Of a DNA stretch of 64,000 nucleotides, positions 48,337-58,882 are shown in pieces. The stretch is taken from contig JBLXCH010000004.1 in the NCBI GenBank assembly GCA_048265065.1, forward strand, positions 12,886 to 76,885, read 5' to 3'. The stretch's first letter is position 1; each line of letters starts with the position of its first letter. The notes beneath the pieces were generated by a model. That model saw nothing but the letters and a program-made list of their open reading frames with translations, ran no database searches and had not been told where the DNA came from. Source of the stretch: Motiliproteus sp. GTDB lineage: Bacteria > Pseudomonadota > Gammaproteobacteria > Pseudomonadales > Balneatricaceae. The translations under genes were made by a program, and so were the position numbers.

Positions 48337-48837
48337 TTAGTGTTGATGTCCGCCTGGGCCATGAACGTGACCGTGCTCGACTTCTTCATCAGAGGCGTCG
48401 CGCACATCGACAATTTCGATGCCAAAGGTTAAATCTTGGCCAGCTAGTGGATGATTGGTATCGATATCAACTGTTTTTAATCCCATCTTGATAACGATGC
48501 CTGGCATGATTTCACCGTCTTTTGTGAATTCAACCAAGGTGCCAGGCTCAACCCGACGCTTTATAGCTTCTTGGCCCGGTAGTTTCACGTTTTTAAGGGC
48601 GACTCGTTCTTTGGCATTATCGAAACGCTTACCATAGGCTTCTTCTGGTGTCAGGGTGACTTCGTAGCTGTCACCGGCTTGTTTACCTTCCATCGCTTTT
48701 GTTAGGCCTTTCAAAAAACCAGGGTGTCCGTGCAGGTAAACGGTTGGGTGTTCAGGTACAGAGCGCTCTAGCTCGATCCCTTGATCGTTTTTGAGTACGT
48801 AGTGAAAAGTCACAACTTTATTTTTACTGATTTCCAT
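48337..48837 (-). CDS. slyD: FKBP-type PPIase, SlyD family
   Basis: KVVTFHY.L, YLHG, PEEAYG, DTNHPLAG.DL.F, HGHVHGPGGHQH tail. Confidence 0.92.
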   Translation of the reverse strand: MEISKNKVVTFHYVLKNDQGIELERSVPEHPTVYLHGHPGFLKGLTKAMEGKQAGDSYEVTLTPEEAYGKRFDNAKERVALKNVKLPGQEAIKRRVEPGTLVEFTKDGEIMPGIVIKMGLKTVDIDTNHPLAGQDLTFGIEIVDVRDASDEEVEHGHVHGPGGHQH

Positions 48838-48887
48838 AAATAACCTAACTGGGAAAATAAACGAATGGAATGAAGTCGGTGGGTAAG

Positions 48888-49619
48888 TTAGGAGCTGGAC
48901 GACTCTATTTTGGTGATCACGAGTTCTGTCTTTTTCTTACCTTTGTCTTTTGTCTGCAGGTATTTAACCAGCAAATAATCATGTTCCTTTGAAAACCATA
49001 GCCAAGTTTCGCGATCGTTCTTATTACCGTAAAGTCGTTTAACTTTGATGGCATCAATAAGGCCAAGCTTGGTGTCAATTTGCTCTTCACCAATAATAAG
49101 AAAACGGTATATTTTCAGAACACCGCCGTCTGCAACCGCATACTCAAAAGTTTTTTTTAGCGGGTTCAGACTGCTTTTTTGCTGTTCTTTTAAATCGATC
49201 CGAAGCTGTAGCTGAAAGTTTAGTTTATCAAGAGTGCCTTCTTCTATTGAATAAGACCAAGGTTTACCTTCGACATCATTAGTCACTTTTTGGTTATTCC
49301 AATCAAACGCCAGTAGTGCATGCCGTTTGGAGCCGAAGGCTTTGCGCTGGTATTCATAACGTGCCGAGACGAGTTGATCTTTAGTGTTTGTGAACTCGCT
49401 GGTTTCTACAACGCTGGCAAAAAAGTTATCTGCGGTTTGGCTTAGCTGCCAATGATCGTCATTTAGCCGTTTTAGTTCGCGAACAGCATCAGCTGATACT
49501 GAGCCCAAGTCTGCATGGTAGTAGGCTTTAAAAGGTTCAACGTCTGCAGCGATAGCGTTAAGCGCGCATAGTGTAAATGGCAGTAATAACGAGGCGAATT
49601 TAAATGAGCGAAGAGCCAT
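48888..49619 (-). CDS. DUF3108 family exported protein
   Basis: Signal peptide; LDKLNFQLQLR.DL, GEEQI.T..G...A.KV.R, W......Y.LVK. Confidence 0.8.
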   Translation of the reverse strand: MALRSFKFASLLLPFTLCALNAIAADVEPFKAYYHADLGSVSADAVRELKRLNDDHWQLSQTADNFFASVVETSEFTNTKDQLVSARYEYQRKAFGSKRHALLAFDWNNQKVTNDVEGKPWSYSIEEGTLDKLNFQLQLRIDLKEQQKSSLNPLKKTFEYAVADGGVLKIYRFLIIGEEQIDTKLGLIDAIKVKRLYGNKNDRETWLWFSKEHDYLLVKYLQTKDKGKKKTELVITKIESSSS

Positions 49620-49622
49620 AAA

Positions 49623-50291
49623 TCATGACTCCCGCCTATCTAGCTGCAGCCCTGTGTTAGGTAACGGTGTGCCATCAAGCTGCGGCGTATTATCTTCGTA
49701 GCGCAGTCGGCCCTCGATGAACCACTTGACCGCTAACGGGTATATCAGGTGTTCTTCAGCTTGCACCCGAGAGGCAAGACTCTCAGCAGTATCGTTTGAC
49801 TTAACGTCAATGACCGCTTGGATAATTAACGGGCCGCCATCAAGTTCGTCAGTCACAAAATGAACGCTGACCCCGTGGGCTTTTTCGCCGTCATCAATAG
49901 CACGTTGGTGAGTATGTAAGCCTTTGTATTTAGGCAGCAGAGAAGGGTGAATATTGAGCATCCGTCCTTGATAGCGGCGCACAAAATCGCTGGTCAAAAT
50001 CCGCATAAACCCAGCTAATACGACGAGATCAGGTTGGTAGTCATCAATCTGTTTAATTAATGCGGCATCAAAGAGTTCACGGCTAGCAAAGTCTTTGTGG
50101 TCCAGCGTGTGTGCAGGAATCCCTTGATTCTCTGCACGCTCTAAACCTTTTACATTCGGACGATTGCTGATAACGGCGGCGATGTCAGCTTCGATATCGC
50201 CAGCGCTAATCGAGTCAATAATGGCTTGTAGATTACTTCCGCTGCCAGATATTAAAACGACAATTTTCGGAGCTTCTGGGGTTCCTTCCAT
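49623..50291 (-). CDS. purN: Phosphoribosylglycinamide formyltransferase
   Basis: LISGSGSNLQAI, LAGFMRIL, NIHPSLLP.Y.GL.TH, ELDGGP. Confidence 0.98.
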   Translation of the reverse strand: MEGTPEAPKIVVLISGSGSNLQAIIDSISAGDIEADIAAVISNRPNVKGLERAENQGIPAHTLDHKDFASRELFDAALIKQIDDYQPDLVVLAGFMRILTSDFVRRYQGRMLNIHPSLLPKYKGLHTHQRAIDDGEKAHGVSVHFVTDELDGGPLIIQAVIDVKSNDTAESLASRVQAEEHLIYPLAVKWFIEGRLRYEDNTPQLDGTPLPNTGLQLDRRES

Positions 50292-50295
50292 ATGC

Positions 50296-51351
50296 TTACT
50301 TTAGACCAACTAGTTCCACTTGTTCTTCTTCATCACCTAGTGGTTCGATTTGACCAAGCACAAAAGGTTCCTCGCCTTCAGCACGCAGAATAGAAAGGGC
50401 TTCTTCTACTTTCTCTTGAGGCACACTGATCACCATACCAACGCCACAGTTTAGTGTGCGGTACATCTCGCGTTCTTCAACATTGCCTTGTTCTTGAAGC
50501 CAGTTGAAAATAGCAGGGCGACTCCAAGCGGTTACGTCTATAACAGCTTTCGTGTTTTCAGGGAGAACACGAGGGATGTTCTCAAGTAAACCACCGCCAG
50601 TGATGTGAGAAAGCGCAGTAACTTCTGACTCTTTGATGAGCTTCAACAATGGTTTGACATAAATGCGGGTTGGCTGCATTAGCGCATCTGCTAAGGTACC
50701 GTCGCCAAAGGGCGCGTGAATATCAGCGCCACGAACATCAATGATTTTACGGATTAACGAATAGCCGTTGGAGTGTGGGCCTGAAGACGGTAAGCCAATG
50801 AGTACATCACCGGTTTGTACTTTTGAACCATCTAAAATCTCGTCTTTTTCGACAATGCCCACACAGAAACCCGCGAGGTCGTAATCTTCGCCGTCATACA
50901 TGCCTGGCATTTCTGCGGTTTCACCACCGACCAAAGCACATCCCGATAGCTCGCACCCTTCGCCGATGCCGTTAACAACGTCTGCTGCAATATCGACATT
51001 CAACTGGCCAGTGGCGTAGTAATCGAGGAAGAAAAGCGGTTCTGCACCAGCCACGACCAAGTCGTTGACGCACATTGCAACGAGATCGATACCGATTTTA
51101 TCGTGCTTGTTGAGATCCATTGCGAGGCGAAGCTTCGTGCCTACACCATCAGTGCCTGATACTAATACAGGTTTTTTGTAACCTTCTGGAATCTCACAGA
51201 GCGCGCCAAAACCACCAAGGCCGGCCATAACTTCTGGGCGACGAGTGCGTTTGGCGACACCTTTAATGCGATCTACCAGTGCGTTTCCGGCGTCAATGTC
51301 GACACCAGCATCTTTATAACTGATGGATGAGGTATTGGCGTCTGTGGTCAT
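50296..51351 (-). CDS. purM: Phosphoribosylformylglycinamidine cyclo-ligase
   Basis: [44 protein letters not shown]. Confidence 0.98.
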   Translation of the reverse strand: MTTDANTSSISYKDAGVDIDAGNALVDRIKGVAKRTRRPEVMAGLGGFGALCEIPEGYKKPVLVSGTDGVGTKLRLAMDLNKHDKIGIDLVAMCVNDLVVAGAEPLFFLDYYATGQLNVDIAADVVNGIGEGCELSGCALVGGETAEMPGMYDGEDYDLAGFCVGIVEKDEILDGSKVQTGDVLIGLPSSGPHSNGYSLIRKIIDVRGADIHAPFGDGTLADALMQPTRIYVKPLLKLIKESEVTALSHITGGGLLENIPRVLPENTKAVIDVTAWSRPAIFNWLQEQGNVEEREMYRTLNCGVGMVISVPQEKVEEALSILRAEGEEPFVLGQIEPLGDEEEQVELVGLK

Positions 51352-51571
51352 ATTTTGTGTATCTCTTAAGCACGTAAAATTAGCGGTGAATTCTAGCAGG
51401 TTGTCGAGGATAGAGCCATGAGAAGAGCACCTGCAAATACTCAGAATTTAAATAAAATGTGGAAATGGGATCAGAGCAATGAATGTCGGTTGATCTCCGT
51501 GTATGATGCTTTCAAACCATTCTTTATAGATCGGCGTAAGGCTCATTAACGCGAGCTTTGCGACAATAGAT

Positions 51572-52690
51572 TTGGAGACACTCTGCTTGAAAACAGCAAG
51601 ATATCAATCTCTTAGTTTTAAGTGCTTAACAATAATGTTGAGTGTTTTTCTGTTTGCTAGTGTCGCGAAAGCGTCGAAGGTGGCTGATTTATACACAGCG
51701 GAGGTTTTGGTCGCGGAGCAATCGGTGACGGTGGCGCCTAGTGTCGCACGTCAAGCCCTCGAACAAGTGTTGGTCAAAGTCACCGGGCGTCGTGACGTAT
51801 TGAACTTCCCTCGCTTACAGCCACTACTTTCCGATCCGCTTCCTCTAATTCTCAAATACAGTTATGTGGCTACTAATACGCCGATTACTGACGCGCAGGG
51901 ACACGAACTACTAGCGCAGCGTTTAGTGGTGGAATTTAGCCAAGGATTATTAGACCAGAAACTTCGTGAGTTAGCCGTTCGCCCATTAGGTAATAATCGA
52001 CCTGGTGTGTTGGTGTGGTTAGTGGAAGAAAAAGGCGGCGACCGCGAATACCTCGGTTTAGAAGATGACCCAGTGGTGCTTAACGCACTACGTGCTGCTG
52101 CTGCAGGCCGCGGTTTGCCAGTGTTTCGCCCGTTACTCGACATTGAAGACACGACCGCCTTGCCGGTGAGTGATAGTTGGGGCTTTTTCACAGACAGCAT
52201 TCGTAGCGCGTCAAAGCGTTACCAACCAGACTCTATTCTTGTCGGACGCCTTTTTTCTCAATCAGGACAATGGCGAACACAGTGGTTACTGTTATGGGGA
52301 AATGACGTTACACAGTTTTCTGGACAAGGCACTCGTTTAAGAGATCAGATGACTAATGCGGTGAACTCGGTGGCAGATAAGCTATTTGCAGACTTTGTTC
52401 GACCTTCAATGGGCTCGTCAGAAGATGGTTATTTAGTTGAAGTTGAGGGCGTTTCGCACCTTGGAGATTACTTTCAGATTACGGATTTCTTAAAAGACCT
52501 TCCTGCGATTGAGAGTGTGATAATAGAAGCGGTCAATGCCGATCAGTTGCTATTAAGAGTGAATGTAGCCGGCACCATCGAGCAACTTAAACGATCATTG
52601 AGCTTGAACCAGCGGCTGTTACCGGAACAGGTACTTGATGCACAAGGGAGCGTTTCAGCGACTGCGTTACGTTATCGCTGGCAAGGATAG
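51572..52690 (+). CDS. DUF2066 family exported protein
   Basis: LY.AEV.V, AL..VLVKVTG, RP.VLVWL; usual position divergent from purM; exact start uncertain. Confidence 0.8.
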   Translation: METLCLKTARYQSLSFKCLTIMLSVFLFASVAKASKVADLYTAEVLVAEQSVTVAPSVARQALEQVLVKVTGRRDVLNFPRLQPLLSDPLPLILKYSYVATNTPITDAQGHELLAQRLVVEFSQGLLDQKLRELAVRPLGNNRPGVLVWLVEEKGGDREYLGLEDDPVVLNALRAAAAGRGLPVFRPLLDIEDTTALPVSDSWGFFTDSIRSASKRYQPDSILVGRLFSQSGQWRTQWLLLWGNDVTQFSGQGTRLRDQMTNAVNSVADKLFADFVRPSMGSSEDGYLVEVEGVSHLGDYFQITDFLKDLPAIESVIIEAVNADQLLLRVNVAGTIEQLKRSLSLNQRLLPEQVLDAQGSVSATALRYRWQG

Positions 52691-52693
52691 TCT

Positions 52694-53806
52694 ATGAGTG
52701 ATTCACAACGCTGGTTTATACTTTGCGTATTCCTCATTTTTGGCGCGTTAGTCTATTTATTAGAGCCTATTCTTTTTCCATTTCTATGCGGGTTTCTGCT
52801 GGCTTATTTGTGGGACCCTGTCGCTGATAGACTAGAAGCCAAAGGCTGTAGCCGAACGTTGGCCGTGGTTATTGTCTTTACGCTATTTACGATTGTGCTT
52901 GCCCTTCTTTTATTCTTATTGATTCCTATGCTTGGTCGTCAGTTTGATGCTTTTGGGCAACGGATTCCTTTGTTTTTTGATCGCTTAGACACGGTAGTGT
53001 TTCCTTGGATGGAGTCTACGCTGGGCGTTGACCCGCGTTCTTTGGATCTGCAGAAAATCAGGGATGTACTGCAAGACCATTGGCGTCAAAGCGGCAATAT
53101 TGCGACTCAAATTATTACCAAAACATCAGCGTCCGGTCTTGCGTTAATGGGTTGGTTGGCAAATCTGGTGCTGATTCCTGTTGTTCTTTTTTATCTTTTG
53201 CGTGACTGGGACATTATGATTGCCAAGATTAAAAGCTTACTGCCTTTGAATATCGAGCCGAAAGTTAGCCGTTGGGCGAAAGAATGCGACGACGTGCTTG
53301 GTGCTTTTATCAAAGGGCAGTTGCTGGTGATGGTGTGCTTGGGTGTTGTCTATTCTATCGGTCTGACATTTATCGGCCTTGATGTCGCCTTGCTCATTGG
53401 TATGTTGGCCGGTTTAGCCAGTATTGTTCCATATATGGGTTTTATTGTCGGTATCATTGCTGCTGCCATCGCGGCTTATATGCAATTCCATGATGTATTT
53501 CATCTGTTATTAGTGCTGGGCGTATTTGGTGTTGGTCAAATGCTTGAAGGCATGGTGCTTACCCCATTGCTGGTTGGTGATAAAATTGGACTGCACCCTG
53601 TGGCTGTAATCTTTGCTGTGATGGCGGGCGGGCAGCTCTTCGGTTTTACCGGCGTCTTACTGGCTTTACCCATTGCCGCGATTATTATGGTGTTGTTACG
53701 TCACCTACATGAAGGCTATTTGATTAGTGGTATTTACACGGCGCCTCATCATCAAGCTAAGGCTGATGACATAGCAGGGCCTTCTCAAAACAATGATGCA
53801 GTTTAA
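52694..53806 (+). CDS. AI-2E family transporter (PerM-like)
   Basis: YL.DP..DRLE, FYLLRDW, L.P.LVGDKIGLHPV.VIFAV..GG.LFG. Confidence 0.92.
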   Translation: MSDSQRWFILCVFLIFGALVYLLEPILFPFLCGFLLAYLWDPVADRLEAKGCSRTLAVVIVFTLFTIVLALLLFLLIPMLGRQFDAFGQRIPLFFDRLDTVVFPWMESTLGVDPRSLDLQKIRDVLQDHWRQSGNIATQIITKTSASGLALMGWLANLVLIPVVLFYLLRDWDIMIAKIKSLLPLNIEPKVSRWAKECDDVLGAFIKGQLLVMVCLGVVYSIGLTFIGLDVALLIGMLAGLASIVPYMGFIVGIIAAAIAAYMQFHDVFHLLLVLGVFGVGQMLEGMVLTPLLVGDKIGLHPVAVIFAVMAGGQLFGFTGVLLALPIAAIIMVLLRHLHEGYLISGIYTAPHHQAKADDIAGPSQNNDAV

Positions 53807-53823
53807 ATAAAGAAAAACTTATT

Positions 53824-54582
53824 GTGATAGCCTCTTCTTTACCACCGCAATTACCGCTAAGTGTACGTCTTCGCGACGATGCGCGGTTTGATAATTTTAT
53901 TGATGATGGTAACGAGCCTGTGTTGATGGCGTTGCGGTCATTAGTATCTGATATCCCCCTAGATAACTTTATGTATTTGTGGGGTTCTCCTGGCGCAGGT
54001 TGCAGCCATTTGTTACAAGCAGCTTGCCAGCACTTTTCCGAGAATCATAGCGACCATGTTTGCAGTCGTGTTGCTGATGCTTCTTCAGAAAGCTATGGCC
54101 ATACCTTTTATTTGTCGGTGGCAGAAGTGATCGATCATGGCCCTGAGGTTTTAGAATCATTAGAGTCTGTCGACTTGCTTTGTATTGACGATATTCAGCT
54201 AATGGTCGGGCGAGAAGATTGGGAACAGGCGTTTTTCCATTTATTTAATCGTCTACGAGATCAAGGTAAGCGCCTCCTTGTAGCGGCTAAGCAAAGCCCT
54301 GCTGAACTTGATATTCAGTTGCCGGATTTACTGTCGCGACTTCGCTCTGGGCTTTGCTTCCAGTTACACAGCCTTTCTGACGAGAGTAAATGTGCAGCAT
54401 TAATGCAGCGAGCCAAACTCCGCGGCTTAGAACTTAATGAAGAGGCCGCACATTACGTACTCAGCCGACACCAGCGTGACACCGGAGCGTTGTTTGATGC
54501 ACTTGATTTGTTGGATGAAGCCTCGCTCACAGCCAAGCGCAAACTGACCATCCCTTTCATTAAATCCGTGTTTAACTGGTAA
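53824..54582 (+). CDS. hda: DnaA regulatory inactivator Hda
   Basis: PPQLPL clamp motif, YLWG..G.G.SHLLQAAC, LFNR, DL.SRL, LD.ASL..KRKLTIPF. Confidence 0.95.
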   Translation: MIASSLPPQLPLSVRLRDDARFDNFIDDGNEPVLMALRSLVSDIPLDNFMYLWGSPGAGCSHLLQAACQHFSENHSDHVCSRVADASSESYGHTFYLSVAEVIDHGPEVLESLESVDLLCIDDIQLMVGREDWEQAFFHLFNRLRDQGKRLLVAAKQSPAELDIQLPDLLSRLRSGLCFQLHSLSDESKCAALMQRAKLRGLELNEEAAHYVLSRHQRDTGALFDALDLLDEASLTAKRKLTIPFIKSVFNW

Positions 54583-54618
54583 ACGGATTCTATTTATACG
54601 TAACTAAGAGTTTTTGTT

Positions 54619-54828
54619 ATGAGCCGAACTGAGCGAGATTTCTTTCAGCGTACCGATGAAGATCAGCAAGCGTTTTTAACGCAAACATGGTGTGACCACT
54701 GTATGGCCGCCGATTTAGGGATGACCGACCCTCAAGAGTATGAAGAGGAAGGAGTGTTGGTTATTGAAGGGACGTGTAAAAAATGTGGTAACCCTGTAAC
54801 CACTGAACTGACAGATGATGAGCTGTAA
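54619..54828 (+). CDS. Small acidic zinc-ribbon-like protein, 69 aa
   Basis: WCDHC...CKKCG (two CxxC). Confidence 0.8.
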   Translation: MSRTERDFFQRTDEDQQAFLTQTWCDHCMAADLGMTDPQEYEEEGVLVIEGTCKKCGNPVTTELTDDEL

Positions 54829-54873
54829 TTACGCCACTGCTGATTTTCGACCGAATGAGAATAGAGAACGCCA

Positions 54874-55353
54874 ATGTTTACCTGTGAAATTGTTAACTAT
54901 CGCCACCCGCAACAGGCTAAAGATCTGATTAACTTACTTGATCACTATGCGCGAGATCCGATGGGTGGCGGTAAACCGATCACAAAGACGGTGCGTGAAA
55001 ACTTAGTCAATGAACTGGCACGTTTGCCCCATGCTTTTAGTGTAATGGTGTACGAAGGGGATAAAGCGGTCGCTTTGACGAACTGTTTTGAAGGGTTCTC
55101 AACATTTAAAGCGCAGCCGCTAATCAATATCCATGACGTTATGGTGCATAGTGATTACCGCGGTAAAGGATTAAGTAAAATACTGCTCGCGAAAGTGGAA
55201 GAAATTGCTAAAGCAAGAGGGTGTTGCAAGGTGACACTGGAAGTTCTAGAGGGTAATCATGCTGCGCAAAAAGCGTATCAGTCATTTGGTTTTGAAGGCT
55301 ACGAACTTGACCCTGCCAGTGGCAAGGCCATGTTCTGGCAAAAGATGCTCTAG
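54874..55353 (+). CDS. GNAT-family N-acetyltransferase
   Basis: LDHYARDPMGGG, CFEGFSTF, YRGKGLS, CCKVTLEVLEGN. Confidence 0.92.
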   Translation: MFTCEIVNYRHPQQAKDLINLLDHYARDPMGGGKPITKTVRENLVNELARLPHAFSVMVYEGDKAVALTNCFEGFSTFKAQPLINIHDVMVHSDYRGKGLSKILLAKVEEIAKARGCCKVTLEVLEGNHAAQKAYQSFGFEGYELDPASGKAMFWQKML

Positions 55354-55748
55354 TGAGTGGTTGTTGCAGCCTGGGCTTTCAGATCCTTACCGTACCAACG
55401 TACATAAAGCATGGCTGTGGTGAACAGCAGAATCGTTAATACCGACTCGCCCACACCAAAAATCATTTGTACCGGCGACATTGACCAAATAACTCCGCTG
55501 CAGAAATACACCAAAATCACAAAACATAACCATACGCAGGTGCGCTGCTTACCCATGAGCACGCCTGGGAGAAATAGCGCTAGTGGTATTACCTGAATCA
55601 ACGTAATGGTAATGGGGTTTGCTGTTGGCGGTGGTGATATAGCTAGTGTCCAGGCGCTGATAAAACCGATCAATACGATCAATAGAATTTGTGTTAACAG
55701 CAAAGCAATTTTTGCTTTACGAGCAAAAGGGGTCATAAGTGATTCCAA
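55350..55748 (-). CDS. DUF2069 membrane protein
   Basis: Four TM; PL.LFLPG, W.CFV.L.YF; usual neighbour of wrbA. Confidence 0.82.
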   Translation of the reverse strand: MESLMTPFARKAKIALLLTQILLIVLIGFISAWTLAISPPPTANPITITLIQVIPLALFLPGVLMGKQRTCVWLCFVILVYFCSGVIWSMSPVQMIFGVGESVLTILLFTTAMLYVRWYGKDLKAQAATTTH

Positions 55749-55843
55749 TTATTGATTCGGGCTATTCGCCTTTTAAACATCTGCTGAATGCTTTATGCGT
55801 CTAGGGTGCAGTATTATAACGTTGTCTGCCGGCTGATCACCAT

Positions 55844-56802
<959 letters not shown>

Positions 56803-56923
56803 AATATCAGTCGCTTAACTCGGGGAAACCTTAAGGGCAAACAACGCTCTTAGAGAATTACGCTATTTTGTTGCCAAATGAACCGCTATTCTAAACTGCA
56901 ACTACGCTGAGGCAAGGATTAAG

Positions 56924-58198
56924 ATGAATACACTTAGAAAAGACAATAATAAGGCCGAGTTTGGGTTGAATAACTTGAAGCTTGGCGTGCGTTTTGTCGT
57001 GTATTTATTCCGTCAGTTTTTAGCGAACAAAGGAGCGTTGAATGCTGCTGCATTAACGTACACCACTTTATTTGCGGTTGTTCCTTTGCTGACAGTCACT
57101 TACACAATGATCTCTTCGATACCTTCTTTCAATGAATTTGGTGTGCAGATAGAAGACCTGATTTTTGAGAACTTCATACCTACAACCGGCTCTGCAGTGC
57201 GAGGTCATTTATTAGAGTTTGCAACGCAAGCCCGTAGTTTAACCGCAGTGGGTATTGGCTTTTTGATCATTACAGCGTATTTGATGATCAAAACTATAGA
57301 GGCTGCTTTTAATCGCGTTTGGCGAATCCAACGATCCAGAAAAGGGGTTGCGAGCTTTCTCCTCTACTGGGCTGTTCTTAGCTTGGGTCCGTTGTTGCTC
57401 GGTCTAGGGTTTGCGCTGACTTCTTATATCGCCTCGCTCCCTTATATTAGTGATGCAACATCATTTGCAGGGCAGTTTGGTGCATTACGGTTGTTACCGA
57501 TTATTACCAGCGCAGCGGCATTTACGTTGTTGTATGCGGCGGTACCTAACTGCCATGTGCCGTTTCATCACGCGTTAGTCGGTGGTTTTGTTGTTGCCTT
57601 GATTTTTGAAGGTGCGAAACAAGGCTTTACGTTATTTGTTACGCAATTTCCTTCCTACCAACTTATTTATGGTGCTTTTGCTGCGGTTCCTCTCTTTTTG
57701 CTGTGGATTTATATTTCGTGGATTATTGTCTTGCTAGGTGCCGAACTGGTGAGAGCTATTTCTTACTTTCAAGAAGATGCTTATGAAAGCTCATCGAGAA
57801 AGTCTGGCTGGTTGTTACTCATTTTAGAAACGCTTTGGCTTAGTCACCGGGAAGGTCAGGCGGTAAGTAACAAAGTGTTGAAAAAAGGTTTTCCTCGGTT
57901 ATCAGCGGCAAATCGTGACGAATATATCCTTTTGCTGACAGAAGCCAAACTCATTGAGAAAACTCAAGAGGGCGATTTTGTACTCAATAAAGATCTTAAT
58001 CATTTACCGTTGATTGAGTTGTTCCACTATTTCCCTTGGCCATTACCGAAAAAAGTCACGCTGGTAGTTGATAGGCCGTGGTTAGCCCCGTTGAACGCTC
58101 AGCTTAAAGCTTTTGATGATAGTCGGGCCGCGCATTTTGAGCAGCCGCTTGCGGCGGTGTTTGCCGAGGATGAATCCTCAGCGTCTGCTGCGTCTTAG
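56924..58198 (+). CDS. YihY/BrkB family inner-membrane protein
   Basis: AAALTYTTLFAVVP, FN.VW, Y..IYGAFA.VP.FL.WIY.SW. Confidence 0.92.
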   Translation: MNTLRKDNNKAEFGLNNLKLGVRFVVYLFRQFLANKGALNAAALTYTTLFAVVPLLTVTYTMISSIPSFNEFGVQIEDLIFENFIPTTGSAVRGHLLEFATQARSLTAVGIGFLIITAYLMIKTIEAAFNRVWRIQRSRKGVASFLLYWAVLSLGPLLLGLGFALTSYIASLPYISDATSFAGQFGALRLLPIITSAAAFTLLYAAVPNCHVPFHHALVGGFVVALIFEGAKQGFTLFVTQFPSYQLIYGAFAAVPLFLLWIYISWIIVLLGAELVRAISYFQEDAYESSSRKSGWLLLILETLWLSHREGQAVSNKVLKKGFPRLSAANRDEYILLLTEAKLIEKTQEGDFVLNKDLNHLPLIELFHYFPWPLPKKVTLVVDRPWLAPLNAQLKAFDDSRAAHFEQPLAAVFAEDESSASAAS

Positions 58199-58755
58199 TC
58201 TTGATATCGACGCTGCGCAGCGTAAACCTTGTTAGGGTATTTCATTTTCCCGTAGCTGCCGTTATAGCGAGCTAAAGCTTCGGTGATATTGTTCTTCGAT
58301 CTTTTAAGATAATAACTAAGAATGGTACAGCCGTAGCGTAGGTTGGTGTCAATATCCATTAGGTTGTCTTTCGGACGGCCTATCTCTTTTTTCCAAAAAG
58401 GCATAATTTGCATTAGCCCTTGTGCACCGACAACAGAAATCGCGAAACGCTGAAATAAGCTTTCTGTATGAATAACGCCGAGAACTAAGTCTATGGGTAG
58501 GTTAGCCCGGTTGGCTTCTCTGTGTGCGACACGCAGAATATGGATACGCTCCTGATCATCTTCAATGTAGCGAGAAGTGCGGTTAGACATATCTGCTAAC
58601 CAGACTTGTGCGTCAAAGTGATCTTCAAAACTGGATGCTTCACCCGCGGCTTCTTTCAATAAAGCCAGCAATTCGGGGTCAATTTGTTCTGCCGCCCATG
58701 TTGAAGTGCACAAAGCTATCCAGAGGGTTAAGACGCTAAATATTCGTAGACTCAT
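58195..58755 (-). CDS. SLT-domain lytic transglycosylase
   Basis: VIHTES catalytic Glu, GAQGLMQIMP, NLRYG, ALARYNG. Confidence 0.92.
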   Translation of the reverse strand: MSLRIFSVLTLWIALCTSTWAAEQIDPELLALLKEAAGEASSFEDHFDAQVWLADMSNRTSRYIEDDQERIHILRVAHREANRANLPIDLVLGVIHTESLFQRFAISVVGAQGLMQIMPFWKKEIGRPKDNLMDIDTNLRYGCTILSYYLKRSKNNITEALARYNGSYGKMKYPNKVYAAQRRYQD

Positions 58756-58805
58756 TCTTTGTTGCCAATGACAAAGTTAGACCTACAGTTTACTGCCCTT
58801 AGAGC

Positions 58806-58833
58806 AAAAAAAAACGGGGAAGGCCCCGTTTTT
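58806..58833 (-). terminator. Intrinsic terminator of proS
   Basis: A-run, ACGGGG-AAGG-CCCCGT, T-run. Confidence 0.88.
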
Positions 58834-58882
58834 ATGTTCATTTGCGATAGGTCAGTGATTTCGATAAAAACCTATCGTTTAT

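Noticed and set aside
56924-58198. BrkB label as a virulence factor
   Set aside because: YihY-family housekeeping membrane protein in a conserved context
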